A stretch of 64,000 bases of DNA. Source: Pseudovirgaria hyperparasitica (taxonomy: Eukaryota). The position numbers were made by a program, and so were the translations under genes. Location: assembly GCA_010093815.1 (NCBI GenBank), contig ML996574.1; one strand, written 5' to 3'. Below are positions 22,982-37,318 of the stretch, in pieces (position 1 is the stretch's first letter; each line of letters starts with the position of its first letter). The notes below the pieces were generated by a model. The model saw only the letters and a program-made list of their open reading frames with translations, made no database searches and had not been told where the DNA came from.

Positions 22982-25900
22982 ATGCCACGGGCCGTAGTCT
23001 CCTACTAATACTATGGTAGAAAGATTAGTAGTATATACTATATGATCCGTAGGCACCATAACTCGGAACCGTGTAGACGAGTACGGCTTGCCGCATTGCC
23101 ATTATTATTATAACTATTAGGCCCGTGGCTACTACCATCGACCGGGTCACGGCGCGGCTTTAGTACTTATAGTTATATTAGTCGATGGAACTCTTTAGTT
23201 CGCTCTGTTAGTGTTTAGCCGTCGAGCGTTAATTAGGAGTCCGAGCCTATGGAATTAGGTACTTCTACTACTAATATTACCCTATATAAAGATACTACTA
23301 TTTTCCCTAATCCTATTTCGGACCTAGAATCTATGGACGGCGTTACTAGTGGCCATGGTACCGATTTAGTATATTAGTCTAATATATATAGTAGAAATAC
23401 TATATCCATGGTAACGAGGGCGTCTAGTACTATATATTTAACGAAAACGTTCGAAGAGGAGAGCGGTATATATATTATAGTAGACTAGAGTAGACGTGAT
23501 AATCCGTCCGACGTGAGTATATATAGTCTAGGTTTATAGTAGTAACTAATTTAGTAGGCCCGATTCGGTTAATTCGATAGTAAGTTTATAGAGCGCCTTA
23601 TAATATAGACGAATTGGTTTAGTATTTCGAATATAGTATACGATAAATTAACTACTATCCTTAAATAGACTTCCGCTATACCCCCCGACCTTTTTATACT
23701 AAAATCTAATATCATATATAAGTAGTTATTATACTACCCTAAAGGGATACCGCACGAAAGTTGGTAGCGTAGCTACGATATATTCGGCACTACTATAGTC
23801 GAATACTAGTATAGGGATCCGCTTACGTTAGTGGAATTTCTCCTTAGATACTAACTGTTCGCTAGTAAGCTCGTGTTTAAGCCGGTATAATAATTTACTA
23901 GTTTAGGCGACCGGATATATAGTAAAGCCTATATAGTAGATGGTTAGTAGGATATACACGCTACTATTCCGGATGGTGCTGTCGTCGTCCCTATTATTTT
24001 ATCTTCGGATAAGACGAACCTTACTAACTATAGTAGTAATAGAGTAGCATGGCTAGTCTACCTATCTATTTATAATCTACTACTAAACGTCCGCTTATCT
24101 AGGAGTCTACTATTATTTCTACTACTTACTCTATTACTAGTAGTTAAGCTAGAAACGGTAGCGAATCGCTTTATGTTCCATTAGGTTATAAGTAAAGTTC
24201 TAGCCCGTATGTCCGCCCATGATAGAGTCGTTAACTATGCTAATTATTATATAGCGTTATAGGCTATATAGAGTACTAGAGTATTAGTATTATATGCCGA
24301 TGGCGGCTCGCGTAAGTACTATCCGCGTTTAGCTTTATATATTATAGATTTTCCGGAGTAGGTGCTTGTCACGGGTGTATCCCATTAGTATACATGTCTA
24401 ATATATATAGTCCCTAGTAATAGACGATAGTATCTACGAGAAGCTATTACTAGTATATAGGAGTTCCATATATACTCGTCGTTATAGGAATAGGTTTACT
24501 ATATACGTCGCGAGTTAATAACTAATAGCTATAGTAGCGAGTATACTAGTAGTAAGATAGATAATAGGATAAGTATACCCGGTATCTTATCGTTTTCGTC
24601 GACGTCTTTCACGCTAGTAGTATAGGGCCATTATATTCGCTAATCGGTTAAGAGTCGGTATTCTAGTAGGTGGATAGAGCCATTGGATAATTTCGCCTAG
24701 TCACTTACTAGAGTTAATATATACCGCGCGGTCGCTCCGGACATTCTACATTAACTATATAAGGGCATATTAGAACACACGTTCAATTAGATAGTCTCGT
24801 ATATTATTAATTAAGAGCGTACGGGATATAAGTTAAAGGGTGTGTTTACTAGTATACCCCCTATAGAATGAGTAAAGAAGGCGATCGATAAGCGATTCGC
24901 GTCTATTAGGGCATTTAGTCGTTATAACCCACTCACGTGTATAACTTTAGTAATATAATAGACGGAGGCGATGTTTAAGCGTATGCTAGTAGTGTTTATA
25001 GTCGCGTTTAAACCGCTCCTATGTTATGATCGATACTTTCTAAGCGTAGTACGGGCGGTTATTAATATATATATGTTAGCGGCGTACTATACGCATGATA
25101 CGTAGATACTAGTATACTTAGAAGAGGCTATATTACGCTTAGACGACCTGAAATACTAGTTTATACTATATTATGGAGATAAATCGGAGGATAATCATTT
25201 TAACTTTCCGAAGTTCTATATATTGTCGCACCTAGTCGATGCCATTAAACACTATGGTTCGTTATATCTAATATTGGTAGAGCTACTAGAGTAATCTTAT
25301 GTCGTAGTAAAGGAATTATATTAAGGTTTAAATAAGAGGGAGACGTTTCTATAGTAGATACTAGTAGTAGATATACGCACGACGAATACTAAAATCTCTA
25401 GTGGTATAGAGGTGGCGGCTGGTACTAGTATATTAGTAGCCCCTAGCCTAGAGTAGCTCGATAATACACGTAAGCTAGTCGGCTAGCGGCGTATTCTAAA
25501 GGAGCCACGCCGGAGTAAATATATACTCTACGTCTTATAGAGCCATAGACTATCTATATTCTACTAGACTACTATCGGCGACCTCCACGACGTGTATAGT
25601 AGTAGTTTTATATTACTTAATACGGTTGCACCCTTTATACGTAACTATCGTAATCGGCTTATCGGGGATAATATATTAAAAGGTATGAATGTCGAACGTA
25701 TTGAAAAGGACCCTTCGTGGGCACGGGTCCTTCCTATCTATATATACGAGACCATATACGTGCCGATATAACTAGATAGAGATATATCTATAGAGGCCTT
25801 CGACCCGATTCGGGTAAGGTATACCCGTAACTAGTAAAAGAGTAGTAAGGCTAGGGAGGATTATATAATAGTATAGGAGTTTAACGAGGGTAGTAACCAC

Positions 25901-26308
25901 CTTAATAGGAAGCGGGTTAGTAAAGTCTATATATTTCTAGAGGTATACGATATAGAGAGTATTAACGTAACTAGTAGTATGGCGGCGCGATTCCTAGGTG
26001 CGTTAGTTAAACTACTTAATAACTCGGGTAGAGGCAATGTCGATACTATTAGTAGCCTTATACTATTACGTATAGCGGGTTAAAGGTCTAGTAATAAGAC
26101 TCGTACGATAGATAGGTTCCGTGTCTATGAGCTAGAGCATGTCCTACGCCCTATATAGATTATATCGCGTTAGTTAGTTATGGATAGTTCATTCTAGTTA
26201 AACACGTATAGTAATTAGGGGATCTATAATAAGGTATATAACCTAGACTTCTAGGCTATAAATAGACGAAACGTAACCGTAGCGTTAAAACACGGGCGCG
26301 TATCGTAA
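22982..26308 (+). pseudogene. RIP-degraded Plavaka (CACTA-related) transposase with N-terminal C2H2-like zinc finger
   Basis: ATG 22982 MPRAVVS(C)(Q)Y(C)GRK...RRHH; core VVVPIILSSDKTNLTN...AWLVYLSI(C)NL at ~23981-24080, (I)DFPE(Q), VAPDILH(Q)LYKGI, FNFPKF(H)ILSH, C-terminal F(W)LNTYSN(W)..YNKVYN(P)DF; intron GTATGT...GCTAAT...AG 24207-24254. Confidence 0.85.
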
Positions 26309-27867
26309 GTCTATCGCTATCTACCGCCGCCTACTATAGTATGCCGGCATATACCGGTATATAGCGGAAGTTATAGTTTATATATAGTAGCACTCGATAG
26401 TCGTATTCTATACTAGAATATCTCTAAGGAATGATCATGGTTTATTACGATCGGTTCTATAAAAGGCTTATATTTAATAACTATCTATAATTTTAGCTAA
26501 GGAGCATCTAGGGATGCACCTCCTTATTACCTAATGATTACTAGCTAGTATAAAAACTCTACGCCTCTAAAAGGGGTATATAGAACTTAAAGGATCCTCG
26601 TTCACGGGTAGAACTAGACGTGGATAGTATTAACCTAATATAGATAGATTATATATATTAATACCCTAAAATCCGAACTATGTCTCTAGGCCCACTAGAC
26701 CTAGCTCGTACCCGATCCTAATGTTTTCGTTATTCGCGTTTATGCCTCGTTGGATGCCGGGCATATAACGAGTCTATGGTTAAGTAAGTGTTAGGTACGT
26801 AACGAGTCTATTAATGAATGAGTACCGGGTATATAACGAGTCTATATAAATGAGTATAAATGAGTATATACCGGGTATATAACGCTCTTACTAGGGAAAC
26901 GTCTTCCTTAAGTATCTCCCCCTTCTAATGTTTCTCCTCCTCTTCCTTTATTCTTTCTCTAGCCTTATAAGTATAGTTAGACTTATATCGCTATATTATT
27001 AATGTATACGTTCTTATATAGACCGTTAGAAACTACGGTAACTAGATGTACGTTCTTATAATAGATAAATATACCGTACTAATATATCGCATTGTTCGTG
27101 TTTAATGTAAGGGTTCGCTACTATAATCATTCGTCGTTACGCTCGTCTATCTCTTCTTAATAATAGTACTAATCGATAACGACCTATTATAGAGATAATA
27201 GTTAGTATTACGTACTTCTCTTAAATATTCGCATATTAATATTACATGAGTATATACTTCGCGGAGGTCCTCTATCCTTCCCTTAAGCTACCTAGACCAT
27301 CCCCTAATCGCTAAAAACTCTTATATCTAACTATTTCTACTATTTATTCCTCGGTTCTACTCGTTAGACTTCGAACGATAGTAAACTACGATAGGTTAGC
27401 GGTTATCTATATTTCGCGTACGCCGAGTTAGCATGCCTGAATATAATAGATAATAGTATATTTATAATAGTATATACTAGATCTTATAGTATTCCTCTTT
27501 AGCGGTAGATCCACGTGGTTATAAAGACGGCCTACTATCCTATCGTGCCTATATACTACGCTACTCTTTTATCGTATATAGACGGTATTACCGGAGTAGG
27601 GCTATCGCCTAGTAAACTTAACGTTATGTATAGAGTATTATATATTTAACGTCGTTATTTCACGTGCCCTATATTAGTGCGGGATCGGATACCGGCCGTA
27701 TGTTTCCCCGCCTCTATTAAATTAACGAGTTATTACCGAAAACCATGTAGACTACTCGCGTTAATATAGCCGTAACGTACGTGTTATACCTACGCCTATT
27801 ATATAGTGTATATATCTTATCTCTCTATTACCCTAGTAATATATACTATTCCCTATTCTATCTATCT

Positions 27868-28830
27868 ATGGCTACGTCCGGCCAGCCGCGAACAAATAGC
27901 CGAGTAGAAGCGAGTCTCGACCTACTTTATATATTTAGAGCGTCCGATAGGTAGAAACTTCGGGTATATATAGAAGAGTTAATTTAGGAGGAATTTGCTA
28001 GCCTATTACTAAACCTACGTAGTAAGGAAGTAAAGGACCACTATATAAAACAAGAGCGTTGCCTATAGACGGTCGCGGATGAATGTATATTTATTAATAG
28101 TAGTTATACTATTTCACGGGTAGATGCTATGTATTAACTTAATACTATATTCTTAGTATTTACGCGTAACTGGCGGCGGTTAGCTAAACACCATTATATA
28201 CGTTAAAACGATGCCCCGGGCTAGACGAGCCGTTATAATATTATATATACCCCACGAACCCGCCTAATATATCTAGCTAACCTAGTTATTCGACCGTCGG
28301 ACTACTAGTATCTATATCTTCTAAGGTAGCCGTGCCGCCGTGTTATATATATATACCTATAGTCCTTATCCGCGATCGTACTCGGGTCACCCTAGTACTA
28401 ATAACGGCTATATAGAATGGCACGACGCCGTTAAATGTTAAGGGTATAAAAATACGCGATATAGTAGGTCTTAGTATAAATAAACTATTAGAATTTATTA
28501 GCTCGTCTATAGATATACTAGGGGATATAGGCGGTTATAGATATAGTCGCGTCTACCTAGAGTACCCGATTCTACCGAGCGAGTCGAGTGATATAATCCT
28601 TTATAAGGATAGTTTAGACTAGGTGTTATAGTAGACTATTAAATAGGCACTAGGCTTAGGACTAGATCGGGTGGTTTTCCGCGTGGGTAATATAAATAGT
28701 ATATTTAGAAGCCTACTATAACGTATTAACTATAATCTAACTATATAGGAACGTCGCGCTATAAGTATAGTAGCGGGATTTATCCGTCTAGCACGCGTAG
28801 GTAAGCTTAAGATATATATACGCCGATAGA
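27868..28830 (+). pseudogene. RIP-degraded cargo ORF of unknown function (~320 codons)
   Basis: ATG at 27868 (MATSGQPRTNSRVEASLDLL...); frame continues with TAA/TAG stops explicable as RIP of Gln/Trp codons. Confidence 0.5.
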
Positions 28831-29049
28831 TATCGGCATATATCGACATGTTACGACTACTAAGCGGTGTATACCGATATATACCGGTATATCCGGTATA
28901 TACCGGTATAATACCATCGCTCTTCCGTGGATATAACACCATTTATATATCTTAGGTTTTCGGTTATTAGTTACGTATAGTGTTATATATACAGCGGATA
29001 CCTTACTAGATTTAGGTCTTTCGTTAATAGTATATAGGTACGCCCTAGT

Positions 29050-29875
29050 CTACTCGATATAGGCGTAGTCGACGCTTTATCTACTTAAATAATAGACGTT
29101 AATAACGACGCGACTAGTATATTTATCTATTATATTATTAGCTAGCTAACGTTATATTAGGAGAGTCGAGCGCCGCCGTTCCGTCTACTCTACCCGTCGA
29201 TGTTAATATGCTAGCGATTATAACCTAATCGCCTTACGAATCGATATATAATGCCGGTGCACTCGAGAGTTCGAGCGAACGTGTAAAAGTCCGATATTAT
29301 ATACTATTTAGGGCCGGGGAGGAAGCGCCTACCGGCGTAGTAGTTATTAAGGCGATAGTAGAAGTCTATATATAACTAGATATACTAAGTCCGCCTCCTT
29401 CTTATGTAGTCCTATCGCTAGATAATATTACCGGTTTTAATATTACGGGAGAGAAGTTTATAGACACGAACCTATGAATATCGGTATAATATCGGCTCGA
29501 TAGTACGTATTATAGTATAAGGTAAGTTATATTTAAGCGGTAGTTAGACACGTGCGCTAGTATGCTAACGGATATATAGTATCTCTACCATGAATAGAAT
29601 AGGCAAGGCATGGCTAGTAATATCTTACTACCTAGAAGAGATAGTTACTATAGAATTTAGGAGATAGGCTCGGCGTCTATAGCGTTAGTATATCGGACGG
29701 TTGAACTTTTATATAATACTATTTACTTATATCTATATTTACCTAAGTCCCGATTCGATAGCCTTCTATAACCTACTATATACTCGGTTAGCGAGCTACT
29801 AGACTCATATAATAGTAGTATACTACCCCACTTTATATACTACTTAAGCTACTATTACTTTAGCCTACGTTAATC
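29050..29875 (+). pseudogene. Probable further RIP-degraded cargo ORF, function unknown
   Basis: Coding-like frame (...SPYESIYNAGALESSSERVKVR..FRAGEEAPTGVVVIK...) with RIP-type stops; boundaries uncertain. Confidence 0.35.
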
Positions 29876-30145
29876 TTAGCTTCCTTTAGTCGTCTCTATG
29901 TTATAAAAGAAAACTTCTATAAACCTTTCCTCTACTTATCTTGGTTTTTAAACCTAAATCTTACCTTCTATACTTTATTCCGTGTTAATTACGACTATAT
30001 ATGAACGCTACGTCGAACTCGACTCTATTAACCCTTAAGGTCCATTCTATATAACAGTTAACGAGGTTATATTTACAGTTTATAATATGGATTAAGAACT
30101 CGTTATATTCGGCGATGTTTAGGACTAGTCTACGCTCGACGTAAT

Positions 30146-30515
30146 TAAGCCTTACGTTTAAGCCGAGTCTTACGTTTAAGTTAAGCCTTACGTTTAAGTC
30201 GAGCCTTATACTTAAGTTAAGCCTTATATTTAAGCCGAGCCTCACGTTTAAGTCGAGCCTTACGTTTAAGCCGAGCCTTACGTTTAAGTCGAGCCTTACG
30301 CTTAAGCCGATTCTTACGTTTAAGCTAAGCCTTACGCTTAAGCCAATCCTTACGTTTAAGCCGAGCCTTACGTTTAAGCCGATCCTTATATTTAAGTCGA
30401 GCCTTACGTTCAAGCCGATCCTTACGTTTAAGCTAATCCTTATATTTAAGCCGAGCCTCACGTTTAAGCCGAGCCTTACGTTTAAGCCGAGCCTTATACT
30501 TAAGTCGAAGCTTAC
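30146..30515 (+). repeat. 18-bp coding tandem repeat (~20 units), de-RIPed reading (V/A)Q(A/V)EPH
   Basis: Unit GTT[C/T]AAGCCGAGCCT[C/T]AC, in frame with the helicase ORF. Confidence 0.9.
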
Positions 30516-33500
30516 GATACGACTACCGTCTTAACCGATAATAAACTACTCGTCTTTAGTATACTTACCGGTAACTACCGTTCTAACGACGAGTATGAAC
30601 TTAAGAAGGTCTAAAGTAGTAAGGCTCCCGTTTCTACTTACGCCATCTATTAGATCTCTCTTATATAGGGCGATCTATAGTTAACCTTTGGGAATGTCTA
30701 TGGTATTAGTAGAGAAACAGATGGACTTAAGTAGGAATAAGCGAAAACTCAAGCCGAGCTTAAGCTAGTAGTATTTAAGGCTTGTGGTAAAGGTCACGGC
30801 TTCGAAGAGTCGATTAGTTATATATATAGATTCCTTAAATTCCCTAAGTACCGCTCTTAGATTGAGTTACGTGCTCGCTTCCGATGGATTAATAAAGGGA
30901 AATTAGTATCCTTAATAAGCTTACTCCGCTTTAATCGTACTAATATCCTTCTATTATCCGACTACCCTACGGTGTAGATCTTTAAGGTTAAGTAAGTAGG
31001 TGACTTTATCGAGTATTTTCCTAAACTTCCTAATCTCATTATAAGCGAAGTGGATAAAGCCAATATACTATATATTAACACCGGCCTCTATAAAGACCCT
31101 CGCGACTTTTAGGTTATCGAACTTATAGCTAGCGAGCTTCTTAGTATAGGTTTTACTATCCCGTTATATATTAGACCCGATATAATACACGAACGAGTGA
31201 AGCAATTCTTTGAAGATCTAGGTACTTATACTATAGTTTATATCTTGCTACCGCTACGTAACCCTATGGATCTTACCGGCTTTAATAATAAGCTTAAACT
31301 AGAGAGCGATCCGATTAATTCATGGCATGTAGAAGTTACTACTCCCTATATATAATACGGTATAATAAGTAGGCCGGACACTTGGCTCTAGATCTCTATT
31401 CCCTACCGCGAGTCATTCGATAAGAAATTCGACTACCTAATATATATTACTATAAGTACCTTATAAGACGAATAGGCGGATCTCCTATTATTCTAATTCC
31501 AAGACGTTACCGTCGGGTATATCTAGCTCTTAGGTGTTACTCGGGCGCTCTTAGCTATCGTCTATTCTATTAATATAAAAGGATTTCATCGCATAGAACC
31601 AGGTAGTCGTAGGTACCTTAAAGTGGATTTAAAGGATTATAATAATGACGCGTACCACTTTAAAGTCCTTTGATTTCGCCTAGGCGTCCTCCTATTCGAA
31701 TGCCTCGCTCTAAAAGTCTTTAATAAGGTTAGGCGTCCTCCTAAAGCACCTAAGGTACTAATTATATTAATGGATGCGGTTACTAATATAACTCGAGCTC
31801 GTCCTAAACATTTTATTCGGACTAGTAATACTAGTTTAAGTACGATCGGGTCGTCCCTTATCACGCTTATAGGGTTCACGGACGTTCCGGCTTTAGTTAG
31901 CGTATAAACCTACGATAAGCTTACTAAGTAATACATTAATACGTGCTAGAAACTAACCTACTATACCGTGTAAGCTCCTAGAGACGGCGGCGTAGACGAC
32001 CACGCCGCTTAGGATGCGTTTAATGTGATAGTCCTTAATGTTATCGTAGACTCGGTGTCTATATCTCTAATGCATGGGTCCCCTAACCCTAATAACGAGA
32101 TTCTAGATTATAGTATAGAGCCTTAGGATACCCTCGTTACTCTTTCTAAATTATCTATATCCCTAGATAATAATAAGGACACGAATATAGAATATAGTTA
32201 CGATGTTATTAGCGACGAAGGTTCCATTACTAGCCCCGTCGCCGATATATATACACTCCTAATATTATCCAAAGTCTACTCTAGTATCCTATCCCCTTTA
32301 CCACCCTCTATATAGAACCTAATACTCGGTAATAACTACCTAAATCTTTAACCCGTCGACTATAACCGCTACGTTAAAGATTATAAAAGATTCTATAATC
32401 TCTAGAATATTATATATTCGGAGCTATCTCCCTAATAATAGTATACCTATATATAGGCGACGGACGTACTTAGGGCTTAGTTCCTACTTTACGGCTATGG
32501 AGGAGCTAGGAAGAGCTATTTATGGCTTCGTCTACTACTAGCTACACTTCTAATTAACGAAATGAACGGTGCTCCTATTATCGCTTATACTACTAAGATA
32601 GTTATCCCATCTAGCGATGTGATAGCGCACCTCCCTATACTAGGTTCCACCTAAATATATAGGATATACATATATGTTATTATCGGCCTAACCAACGAAA
32701 CCTACGACGACGCTATAAGAAAAGCATATAAATATATAAGTAATATATTTACTTACTATAAGTCTCTAAAGACACCGGTCGTTCTTCGAAGATGCCCCGA
32801 AGCCGTTAATCGAGAGGTTTTCTTTACTATAGCTAGACTATCTTATCGCGGCAACCCTCTTATCGGGCTAACCTAGGATAATATAATAGGCGGTACCATC
32901 CTCGCGTAAGCCTAGGCCGACCATAGTAAACGACTATCGGAATATAGCACGGATCCCCGTGCTCGTCTATGGGAACTATATACCGGTTACGTTACGCTCG
33001 AGGTCGTTAGACTTATTAAATCTTAATACTAATACGAATGGATCCCTAAGAATTTCAAGAAAGAAACGGCTCGGCTATTACGCGCTATCTATAAACGTTA
33101 TACTCGTAATAAGGACATGCCTAAGGAGGAGTATAATAGGATGAACGAGCTATACCTCGCTACCTAGGACCTAGTTACCATCTACGCCTAGATTTATATA
33201 GGGACCCCATATGTTATGAACATCGCCAAGGTAGCCCGTAATATATATCCGATTTTGGTCGTAATAGAAGAGGCCATGCGTATCCTTAAAAGTAATACAC
33301 TCGGGATTATTATTAATTATACTACTATAGAATAGTAACCGACATTTATTTACGTCGGCGACCCACGCTAGCTTAACACCTACTAGCGTGATAGTACTAA
33401 TATATAGACCGCGAACTAGAGGATCTCCTTTATAAAGCGCTAGATATAATATAGTTTCCCGACTACTCGCCTTACCGAGTTAGAACGCTTAGTTCCTAGG

Positions 33501-34505
33501 ATAATAAACGTTATATCGCTAATTACTTACTCGGGCGAGCTAACGACCTCGCCCTACATGACGAATAATATTAATATACCACTCGCAGAGACCGTTCGAT
33601 AAATATTTAGAATCCGCGGCTATTAACACGTCGTATATACCAACGTCGACGGGGATCACGCGCACACGGTAAATAACTTAATATATAATATAGACTTATT
33701 ATGTTTCACTTAGTAGATTATTACCGAGCTCTTCTATTATAGCGTCGCACTCGATCGCGTACTCTATATTTCTATATACGCCGCCTAACGTAATCTATTT
33801 AAAGGGATAGTTAGGAACTCGCTTCTAACTATACTTACCGCAGCAGATAAAGCTCGATTTAATGCCCTACCTAAGCCGGTATAGAAGCTTGTCCAATGGC
33901 GTTCATGGGACGGTTCTTAGAGTTATAATAACAATATAGTCCTTATCAACCCGGTCTAAACCAATCACTTCGGCTTCCTCTCGGAAGTAAACCGTAACAT
34001 CATTACTATTACGCGCGCTAAATAGATAATAGTTATTATTACTAACTTCGTATCTCTTAAGAGGTAGAAAGTCCTAGACGGCGTACTCGGCGAGATATAG
34101 AATAAGTGCTCTAAGATTCATGCGATATACACGTGCACGACCCCCGACCTAGATGGCCTCCCTCTACTCTCTAATATATCTAATCCCTAATATAGTCGCT
34201 CTATACTTGGTATTAGAGAGAGGGGAGAATGAAGCGATTAATAAACTACCGATAGTACTAAGCCCCGTAAGCCGCTGGTCTACCGTAAATATAACGTCGA
34301 AGGATATAAGTCTATTAAGTATCTAAGAGAGTCGACGCTTATATATAATAACTATTAGGACATCGGCCATAAAGCTAATGTTTACCCTAAACCCAAGACG
34401 CTTACGGGTACGTTTTACTATAATTATAGGACTACCGGTTATACTCGGCGTTATTGTTCTAGCCGTACTAAATTACTAGCACGCATAAATGGTAATAATC
34501 TAGTT

Positions 34506-34605
34506 AATACTACTAGAGCTAATACTACTAGAGCTAATACCACTAGAACTAATACTACTAAAACTAATGCTACTAGAGCTAATACTACTAATAAAGTAAC
34601 TACTA
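34506..34605 (+). repeat. 15-bp tandem repeat (ACTACTAGAGCTAAT-like, ~6 units) in the helicase tail
   Basis: Directly visible. Confidence 0.85.
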
Positions 34606-35139
34606 GCGGCTAGGACGATAGAGACTACGAGGATGCCGGCCGAGACGGCGGTGTTATAATATATAAAGATATGGAAGTTAATTAGTAATAGCATATGATT
34701 AGACTCACGTGTTAGGGCTACTTAGTCACGGCTTCTTAGTAAGTATACCTCTATATCTATTTTAGTTATAGTTACGATATTCTACTAGGTAGATAGTTTA
34801 GCTCTATTAAAGACCTATTAAGGGTATTTCTATTACGTCTACTCTAGTATAGACGCGCTATTAGATAATACGGCGCCACCAGGCACGTTAACCAGTACCC
34901 ACCGATTAAGAAATAAACACGATTCTATATCTACCGTGAGCCCCGGCCTAATAACGTAGGCTTCCTTTAGTTATCCCCTTTATACTTTTAAAACTACTTC
35001 TAGCCTTTATATTAGGAGATATTACTATCTAAAGAGAAAATATAAAAAAATATACGCCCTAATCAAAGCCTCTACCTTTAGACTTTAACTATAATATATA
35101 CGGGATATAGTAAACCCAAATATCGCGTACTTTAAAAGC

Positions 35140-36800
35140 ATGGAAGGATATAATACTTGAATATAACGAAATATAGGCTCACGATACTCGGAGAGTACCT
35201 AGGGATAAGTATATGAATATAAAATGGGATAAGACCAACGCGGCACCTCGTATATATATAGCCATATACCGTTCTAGACGTAGTCGCCTACGATATAATA
35301 TTACGAGATAAGAATCATGGCTATCCAATTCTATTAAGGGTATTAGACGATATAAAGTAAATAACTACACGCCCGACCACGCCACGCTAAGTTACGTACG
35401 TGTTGTAAACGCGTGTTCGAGGAATAATAAGGATATAAACGAGGTTCACCTGGCAGGTGCCTCGTTATTCCGGCTTCTACCTCTATCGTCCGATCTATAC
35501 CTCCGTCTTCCTTGCGCCTATAATATACCATGCGTATACTATATAATTAGTCCGTAAATTATAAACACTATATTAACTACGCACGTTAACTACACACGAT
35601 TAATATATTGAATCCGATTCCATAATAAAGTAACCGTCCGAATATAGTAATTACTATAGTACTACTTCGCATCTTAAGCCTAGATATATAAGTAAAGCGT
35701 GAAGCTATAGAGGCGTGTATAAGATAGCTATATATAGAAGCATATACGGCTACTCTACTCGTAGACTATAGGCGTTAAACTAAGAACGAGCTCGGCGTAA
35801 AAAGAGCACGTAAGATTATTAATAAGGTGGCGGGCGAATTCCTAGTAGTATAGGAAAGAGTAGTAGAGTGTATAGAGATAAAGGCGCTATACTATATCTA
35901 CGACCAGGTACGCACTATAGTATAGAAAACCGTATATTATAGAAAAACTATCTCCGAGTATAAGAAGAGGCGTGTAATTATAGCCCTACATCCCACGACC
36001 TTATAATCCCCGCCTATTACGACCTTATAACCTCCGCCTATCGCGACCTTATAACCCTCGCCTATCACGACCTTATAGCTCTCGTATACTACGACCTTAT
36101 AGCCTATACTCACAGCGGTCCCATAGCCCACTAACGTATATACTACGAGAAAAATCAAATTCATGATTAGGTTTAACGATAACGCATTCCTTAAAATACT
36201 AGTACCTACATCTAACTAGTAGAAAGACCATAGCGACGCTTTATATATTAATTCGGTAGTATTTATACGGCGAATTAGGGTCTAATATACAACGAAGACT
36301 AGGAGGGCACTTAACTAGAGCTATACTACTATATATTCTATCGTGCTAGTAGTCGAGTATATAATAAGTAAAACGGAACTAGAGGTAGATATTAGATGGC
36401 TCCTATAGTTAGTAATCGAATATATCCTAGAATATAGTAATAGTATAATACTCCTCGGCCTTAGATAGGATATAGATAGTATACCCGAAGTAAAACGAAA
36501 TATAAACTAGCGACTAACATATAATAGTATAGACGGCTGTATATAGGTTACGCTCGAATAAATCCGCCCCTCCGTCCCTAATGCCACACTCGCTACGATT
36601 AGTATAATAATAGTAATAGAAAGCTACCGCCTACGACGGTAGAGATACCCATAGAGATAGTATTATAGGTAGTAGATAGTATCACCTAAACGACTTAACC
36701 CTTCCTCTAGTAATACTATATATACTACTATCGGTACCTAGGAAGTCGCGAGACCGATCTATAAGCTCTAAAGACAGTGACTTCGAAAGCCTTAAAAGTA
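35140..36800 (+). pseudogene. RIP-degraded cargo ORF(s) of unknown function containing a 24-bp repeat (TTL(Q)PPPI-like) at ~35993-36105
   Basis: Long coding-like frame (NELGVKRARKIINKVAGEFL...KIKFMIRFNDNAFLKILVP) with RIP-type stops; boundaries uncertain. Confidence 0.4.
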
Positions 36801-37318
36801 CCTTAGATATAGAGGATATAGATATCGCTTTTAAAGACTAATAGAATAATAAAAAGGGTACTAGAGGTAGTAAGAGTAGTGTGCGTACTTGGCTAAGGCG
36901 ATGCGATCCGACGTAAGACGGCTTCTACCTACTATATATCGATATATACCCGATTCTACTAGCTATATAACTATGGCGCATATGTTTGGTCAAGACGTTA
37001 TAACACTAGTATAAGCCGGCGTCTACCTGGTTCACGTTAGGATACGCCCGGTCCTACTAGCTATATTATTACTACGACTATAATCGTATAAGATCCACTC
37101 TAATAATTAAACATTTACTTATATACTTTACTTCCTCCGTACTTATCGAAATTACGTTATAATTACTAAACGCGGCGACTTAACTCCCACCGCCTAAATC
37201 TAGTTTTCATATCTTATTACTATTAACGCCGTCTTACTACCTATGGCCTAAGTCGTATATAGGAATAGATAGGCATAACGAGAGTCACGACTATCCTAGT
37301 TTAACTACCGGCTATAGA

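Larger units (their letters stand above)
30087..34700 (+). pseudogene. RIP-degraded Upf1/Sen1/Dna2-like superfamily 1 helicase (~1500 codons) with N-terminal hexapeptide repeats and three C-terminal CCHC zinc knuckles
   Basis: Motifs in order: LYGYGGARKS (Walker A, GxxGxGKS) ~32487-32516; VVIEEA ~33258; YVGDPR(Q)L ~33351; SFIKR; LTELERL ~33471; ISIYAA(Q) ~33768; SWDGS(Q) ~33902; NRNIITITRAK ~33989; three Y(C)xxY(C)xxxGHxxxxY(C) knuckles at ~34281-34457. Confidence 0.85.

Noticed and set aside
29985..30461. 158-aa minus-strand ORF (RLGLNV repeats) in the ORF track
   Set aside because: It is the antisense reading of the 18-bp coding repeat; the plus-strand frame continues into the helicase.
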